Shown here: piece by piece, positions 37,936 through 39,763 of the stretch | Numbering within the stretch: position 1 is the stretch's first letter | Layout of the letters: each line of letters opens with the position of its first letter | Source of the DNA: Octopus bimaculoides | Taxonomy: Eukaryota | Assembly: GCF_001194135.2 (NCBI RefSeq) | Contig: NC_068995.1 | Coordinates: 57,561,942-57,601,704 of the forward strand | Length of the DNA: 39,763 nucleotides | Reading direction: 5' to 3' | The notes under the pieces: generated by a model | What the model was told of the DNA's origin: nothing | Databases searched by the model: none | Seen by the model: only the letters and a program-made list of their open reading frames with translations | Translations under genes and position numbers: made by a program

Positions 37936-38051
37936 GCCTCCCGCCATCTCCATTCTACCTCGGCTTCTTCCGCCGTCTCACCTCCTTCTCGACTTCTTCC
38001 GCCATCTCACCTCTTCATTCTCGGCTCTTTCCGTCATTTTACCTCTTACTT
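37936..38051. repeat. Imperfect 29-32 bp minisatellite (three units plus a partial)
   Basis: Units CTCGGCTTCTTCCGCCGTCTCACCTCCTT (37959), CTCGACTTCTTCCGCCATCTCACCTCTTCATT (37988), CTCGGCTCTTTCCGTCATTTTACCTCTTACTT (38020). Confidence 0.8.
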
Positions 38052-38339
38052 CTCTTCAGAGGAAATCTACTGTGACAGGCTTTCAACCAGACCTATTTCT
38101 GCTAATGACTGCGCCTAAGAGTAACAGAAGTTGTTTTGTGTGTATGTGTGTGTGTGTGTTTGCAAGAGTATGTGTATATGCACATGTATATGCACGTGTG
38201 TATGCGAATATATGCTTGTGGGGGTGCGGTGGGGTGGGCATCATAAACTCGTGTGTGCATGGAGGTGAGCGTAAATGTTATAAGCAGTACACATGCACGG
38301 GGAGGTAATAATGGCAATGGAACCTCTCCGTACATACAT

Positions 38340-38592
38340 ACACTCACGTTAATACATACATACATATGTATGAATATATATATATATAAATATATATGTA
38401 TGCATGCATGAATGTATGTATATAAATATATATGCATGTATGTATATATATGTGTATGCATATATATGTATGTATATATATATACATGTATGCATATATA
38501 TATATGTATGTATGTATATATATATGTATGCATATATATATATGTATATGTATACATGTATATATATGTATGCATATGTATATATATATATG

Positions 38593-38684
<92 letters not shown>

Positions 38685-38753
38685 TATATATGTATATATA
38701 TATATATCTTTGTATGATATATGTATGTATATATAATATATATATGTATGTAT

Positions 38754-38801
<48 letters not shown>

Positions 38802-38810
38802 GTATGTAAA
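38340..38810. repeat. Compound (TA)n/(TATG)n/(CA)n tract
   Basis: Direct reading; source of six spurious ORFs. Confidence 0.95.
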
Positions 38811-38842
38811 CACATAGGTTCTTACATACATACATGCTTATA

Positions 38843-38898
38843 TTCTTTTATATGTTTCAGTCGTGAGGCTGCGGCCATGCTGGTGCGCCGCCATTGAA
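38843..38898 (-). mobile_element. SINE group B terminal fragment
   Basis: Plus TTCTTTT...GTTTCAGTC...CTGCGGCCATGCTGG...CCGCC is the reverse complement of the group B 3-prime end. Confidence 0.6.
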
Positions 38899-39678
38899 AA
38901 TATATGCATTTATTTAACAACAATAGTATTGACAGTGACTTCGAAATTTTGGCCAGCCGAAACATTATCAAAGTCTCTGTGAATAAATTTGTACTCTACA
39001 AAAGTATCGAGTAATTTATCAGTTGAACATAAAATTGTTTCATTATAATTGAAAACGAACATCAGCGCATATATGCGTGTGTGTATGTGTGTGAACATAC
39101 GTAGATTTGCATAGACATATTTTTATATACGTTTATATACAAACGTGCACGCATGCGTACACACACACATACATAAGCACGTTTCTTTTCATTGTCATTC
39201 ATTATAAAGGACTCGCTTTCTTTCTATCTCTCCCTTTCTCTATCTCCTTACTCCTTCTCTCTCTATCTCCTGCGTGCGTGCATGCATGGCGCACGCGCAT
39301 GTATCTGTGGCACCTTTTTCCCATTTTACCCCCTCTTAGGGAAAGATTACCTTAAATTCTTTTAGTGGTGCTGTCCACTTAGTGATACTAGGCCATGTAT
39401 CACAAAGACCGCCTCTCAGAAAATGTGGCCCACGCCTGGTCAACTTGGAAAATAAAATCTGCTATAGACACAAAATATTCAAACATACGCACCCCCCCCC
39501 CCATACACACATACACACACAATCACACAAATGCACAAACACAAACCCGCGCAGCGTCCGTATACACACAACTTTTAGTATCTATCCATCCAATTCTATT
39601 CTATAATAAAGTTTAAAACTATGAAACTCTAGGTTAAGATTTGACATTGTTTCTCTGTCTTACCTTTTCGTTCCTAGG

Positions 39679-39727
<49 letters not shown>

Positions 39728-39763
39728 AGTATGTGTATGTATAATATAATATGCATATATATA

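Overview
This is AT-rich eukaryotic DNA with very dense microsatellites and ten assembly gaps (626-844, 5675-5684, 14101-14728, 17177-17401, 20305-20737, 22159-22168, 25527-25841, 26975-27071, 27974-28259, 36548-36957). The SINE families and microsatellite load look like a coleoid cephalopod (Octopus-like) intron or intergenic region; that assignment is from recalled repeat consensus, not a search. I found no intact host protein-coding gene, rRNA, tRNA or CRISPR array, and nearly all ORF-track entries are microsatellite or N-gap artefacts. The recognisable content is transposon debris: a Penelope-like RT pseudogene (5685-6348), the restriction-like endonuclease end of an R4/Dong/NeSL-type non-LTR element (16700-17065, minus), an internally deleted mariner (21071-21872, minus), a Helentron/HINE-like element (250-598), very decayed LINE RT remnants, and about 15 copies or fragments of tRNA-derived SINEs in four sequence groups (my labels A-D). 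Best leads are SINE stacking inside (TTA)n repeats, the REL-endonuclease relic, an unexplained twin-hairpin module at 29.0-29.3 kb, a microhomology-collapsed mariner TIR, and a decayed acidic-repeat minisatellite at 37.3-38.1 kb. I cannot support a clearly novel biological system from the sequence alone.
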